A stretch of DNA of 63,854 nt, filler included, from Lama guanicoe (lineage: Eukaryota), in NCBI GenBank assembly GCA_013239625.1. It is 102 parts of 102 records of this genome, joined end to end, with 100 filler letters (N's around TTAATTAATTAA, not from the genome) between each part and the next. Parts side by side here need not be neighbours in the genome. Positions count along the whole stretch, not along the records: positions 63,654 to 63,854 come from PNXV01027171.1; 101 more parts are not named here. One strand, written 5' to 3'. Numbering within the stretch: position 1 is the stretch's first letter; each line of letters begins with the position of its first letter. The notes under the pieces were generated by a model that had not been told where the DNA came from, made no database searches, and worked only from the letters and a program-made list of their open reading frames with translations. Positions 63,554 to 63,854 of the stretch are shown here, piece after piece. The translations under genes were made by a program, and so were the position numbers.

Positions 63554-63653
63554 NNNNNNNNNNNNNNNNNNNNNNNNNNNNNNNNNNNNNNNNNNNNTTA
63601 ATTAATTAANNNNNNNNNNNNNNNNNNNNNNNNNNNNNNNNNNNNNNNNNNNN

Positions 63654-63854
63654 ATTCTGTGTTCTACATTCTATATTCTAAATTCTGTATTCAGTATTCT
63701 CTTTTCTATATTTAAATTCTGTGTTCTGCATTCCATGTCCTCAATTCTGGGCTTTGTCTTCTGTTTTCCATATTCTAAATTCTGTGTTCTAGATTCTCTA
63801 ATCTTTATTCTATATTCTGCATTCCGTATTCTATATTCTATATTCTATATTCTG
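63654..63854 (+). repeat. Satellite C
   Basis: 7-mer period. Confidence 0.92.

Noticed and set aside
896..63653. Regular TTAATTAATTAA repeats separated by unique sequence as a CRISPR-like or cassette array
   Set aside because: Each copy is centred in exactly 44+44 Ns. It is a synthetic linker, the context is mammalian and there are no cas or integrase genes.

Overview
This window is not contiguous DNA. It is a pseudo-scaffold of about 100 small (0.2-1 kb) unplaced mammalian contigs joined by an artificial 100-nt spacer (N44-TTAATTAATTAA-N44, with stop codons in all six frames), so adjacency between fragments means nothing. The tRNA-derived SINEs, L1 3' ends and satellites suggest a camelid (alpaca/llama/camel); this is inference. 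About 40% of the fragments are satellite DNA from three families: a GC-rich ~267-bp satellite (A), a ~249-bp satellite (B) and an AT-rich heptamer satellite (C, NNTTCNN) whose measured higher-order units are all multiples of 7. Families A and B each have an old, highly diverged subfamily in the window. The rest is L1, LTR, SINE and MER debris plus unique-looking intronic or intergenic fragments. The only protein-coding exon I recognise is a 70-nt TARBP1 exon. There is also a COX1 NUMT-like fragment fused to a GAG-rich tract, a small TSD-flanked retro-insertion, a twin-primed L1 inversion and several candidate small exons. Almost every ORF in the supplied track is a by-product of satellites or spacers. 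I see no support for a new multi-gene system; the most novel-looking biology is the satellite architecture.
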